Shown: positions 62,301 through 64,000 of the stretch, one piece after another
Layout: every line of letters begins with the position of its first letter
How positions within the stretch are numbered: the first letter of the stretch is position 1
Assembly (NCBI GenBank): GCA_964016885.1
Contig: OZ024743.1
Location: 61,876,001-61,940,000, forward strand
DNA length: 64,000 bases
Source of the DNA: Eledone cirrhosa
Lineage: Eukaryota
Direction: 5' to 3'
Notes under the pieces: generated by a model
Database searches by the model: none
Told to the model about the DNA's origin: nothing
The model's input: the letters and a program-made list of their open reading frames with translations, nothing else
Program-made: the position numbers and the translations under genes

Positions 62301-64000
62301 GTCTAGTATATATAGACACCACGTCTAGTATATATAGACACCACGTCTAGTATATATAGGCACCACGTCTAGTCATAAATAGACACCACGTCTAGTATAT
62401 ACAGGCACCACGTCTAGTCATATATAGACACCACGTCTTGTATATATAGACACCACGTCTAGTCATATATAGACACCACGTCTAGTCATATATAGACACC
62501 ACATCTAGTCATATATAGGCACCACGTCTAGTATATATAGACGCCACATCTAGTATATATAGACACCACGTCTATTATACATAGACACCACATCTAGTAC
62601 ATATAGACACCACGTCTAGTATATATAGACACCACATCTAGTCATATATAGATACCACATATAGTCATATATAGGCACAACGTCTAGTCATATATAGGCA
62701 CCACGTCTAGTTAAATATAGACACCACATCCAGTCATATATAGACACCACGTCTAGTCATATATAGACACCACGTCTAGTCATATATAGACACCACGTCT
62801 AGTCATATATAGACACCACGTCTAGTCATATATAGACACCACATCTAGTCATATATAGGCACCACGTCTAGTATATATAGACGCCACATCTAGTCATATA
62901 TAGACACCATGTCTAGTATATATAGACACAACATCTAGTCCTATATAGACACCACGTCTAGTATATATAGACACCACGGCTAGTATATATAGACACCACA
63001 TCTAGTCATATATAGGCACCAGGTCTAGTATATATAGACACCACATCTAGTATATATAGACACCACATCTAGTATATATAGACACCACGTCTAGTATATA
63101 TAGACACCACATCTAGTCATATATAGACACCACATCTAGTCATATATAGACACCACATCTAGTTATATATAGACACCACATCTAGTTATATATAGACACC
63201 ACATCTAGTATATATAGACACCATCTCCAGTCATATATAGACACCACATCTAGTCATATATAGACACCACATCTAGTCATATATAGACACCACATCTAGT
63301 CATATATAGACACCACATCTAGTTATATATAGACACCACATCTAGTTATATATAGACACCACATCTAGTCATATTTAGACACCACATCTAGTCATATTTA
63401 GACACCACATCTAGTCATATATAGACACCACATCTAGTCATATATAGACACCACATCTAGTTATATATAGACACCACATCTAGTATATATAGACACCACC
63501 TCTAGTCATATATATACACCACATCTAGTCATATATAGACACCACATCTAGTTATATATAGACACCACATCTAGTTATATATAGACACCACATCTAGTCA
63601 TATTTAGACACCACATCTAGTCATATATAGACACCACATCTAGTCATATATAGACACCACATCTAGTATATATAGACACCACGTCTAGTATATATAGACA
63701 CCACATCTACTCATATATAGACACCACGTCTAGTATATATAGACACCACGGCTAGTATATATAGACACCACATCTAGTCATATATAGACACCACGTCTAG
63801 TATATATAGACACCACGTCTAGTTATATATAGACACCACATCTAGTCATATATAGACACCACATCTAGTTATATATAGACACCACATCTAGTATATATAG
63901 ACACCACAGCTAGTATATATAGACACCACATCTAGTATATATAGACACCACAACTAGTATATATAGACACAACATTTAGTCATATATAGACACCACATCT
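56030..64000 (+). repeat. Block about 56030-58250 duplicated at about 61780-64000 (offset 5747), enclosing an about 1.8 kb tandem duplication (about 57970-59790 and 59790-61560)
   Basis: atccagtcat 56981/62728 and ccatctccag 57474/63221 (offset 5747); taaacaccacgtcttg 59551/61337 and acaactag 58991/60777 (offset 1786). Confidence 0.85.
60832..60860 (-). other. Clean 29-bp micro-inversion of satellite sequence
   Basis: tatatatactagacgtggtgtctatatat is the exact reverse complement of atatatagacaccacgtctagtatatata, which occurs with the same flanks (cacatctagtt ... gacaccacatttag) at 59046-59074 and 60064-60092. Confidence 0.95.

Larger units (their letters stand above)
1..64000 (+). repeat. 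Satellite/minisatellite tandem array, 22-24 bp monomer, consensus TCTAGT[-/C/T]ATATATAGACACCAC[G/A], about 2,850 copies, extends beyond both window ends
   Basis: Read directly: 1-22 is tctagtatatatagacaccacg and 23-44 is tctagtatatatagacaccaca. The unit recurs without unique interruption to 64000. Copy number is estimated as 64000 divided by about 22.4. Confidence 0.99.

Noticed and set aside
1-64000. CRISPR array (repeat length near 23 bp, partly palindromic)
   Set aside because: Monomers are directly adjacent with no unique spacers, no leader and no cas genes.
1-64000. Protein-coding repeat ORF on either strand
   Set aside because: CTAG gives TAG on both strands in nearly every monomer, with a second TAG on the plus strand. 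The 22/23-bp period rotates these stops through all frames.
1-64000. Telomerase-made long telomeric repeat (minus strand contains TGGTGT, loosely like 23-25 bp budding-yeast telomere units)
   Set aside because: The similarity is only a few bases. The length and inherited kb-scale variant blocks indicate recombinational amplification, not copying from one RNA template.
1-64000. TATA-box promoters or terminator hairpins
   Set aside because: TATATA tracts and short stems are intrinsic to every monomer, and there is no associated gene or unique context.
1-64000. Pure sequencing artefact such as a rolling-circle or adapter concatemer
   Set aside because: Rare variants recur collinearly in nested blocks with copy-specific differences, as expected of an evolved array. 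Individual near-identical duplications could still be assembly errors.
1-64000. A single fixed-period higher-order repeat
   Set aside because: Marker offsets vary widely (1165 to about 25000 bp) and no period persists across the window.

Overview
The whole 64,000-base window is one head-to-tail tandem repeat array (satellite DNA) of roughly 2,850 monomers, open at both ends. The consensus monomer is 22 bp, TCTAGTATATATAGACACCAC(G/A). Common 23-bp variants carry an extra C or T after CTAGT, and 24-bp variants carry an extra TA. I find no support for genes, RNA genes, transposons or CRISPR arrays: CTAG in nearly every monomer puts TAG stops on both strands, and there is no unique sequence. All structure lies inside the array. 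Rare variant monomers reveal nested block duplications (offsets about 1.2, 1.8, 1.9, 2.6, 2.8, 3.0, 5.7 and 16-20 kb). I found two local strand inversions, at 597-614 and 60832-60860. The monomer has built-in dyad symmetry, and composition shifts toward 23-bp, CpG-poor monomers after about 45.6 kb. It looks like eukaryotic satellite DNA, but the host and chromosomal position cannot be determined here. I do not see a new gene-encoded system. Block boundaries were traced by eye and are approximate to a few monomers.
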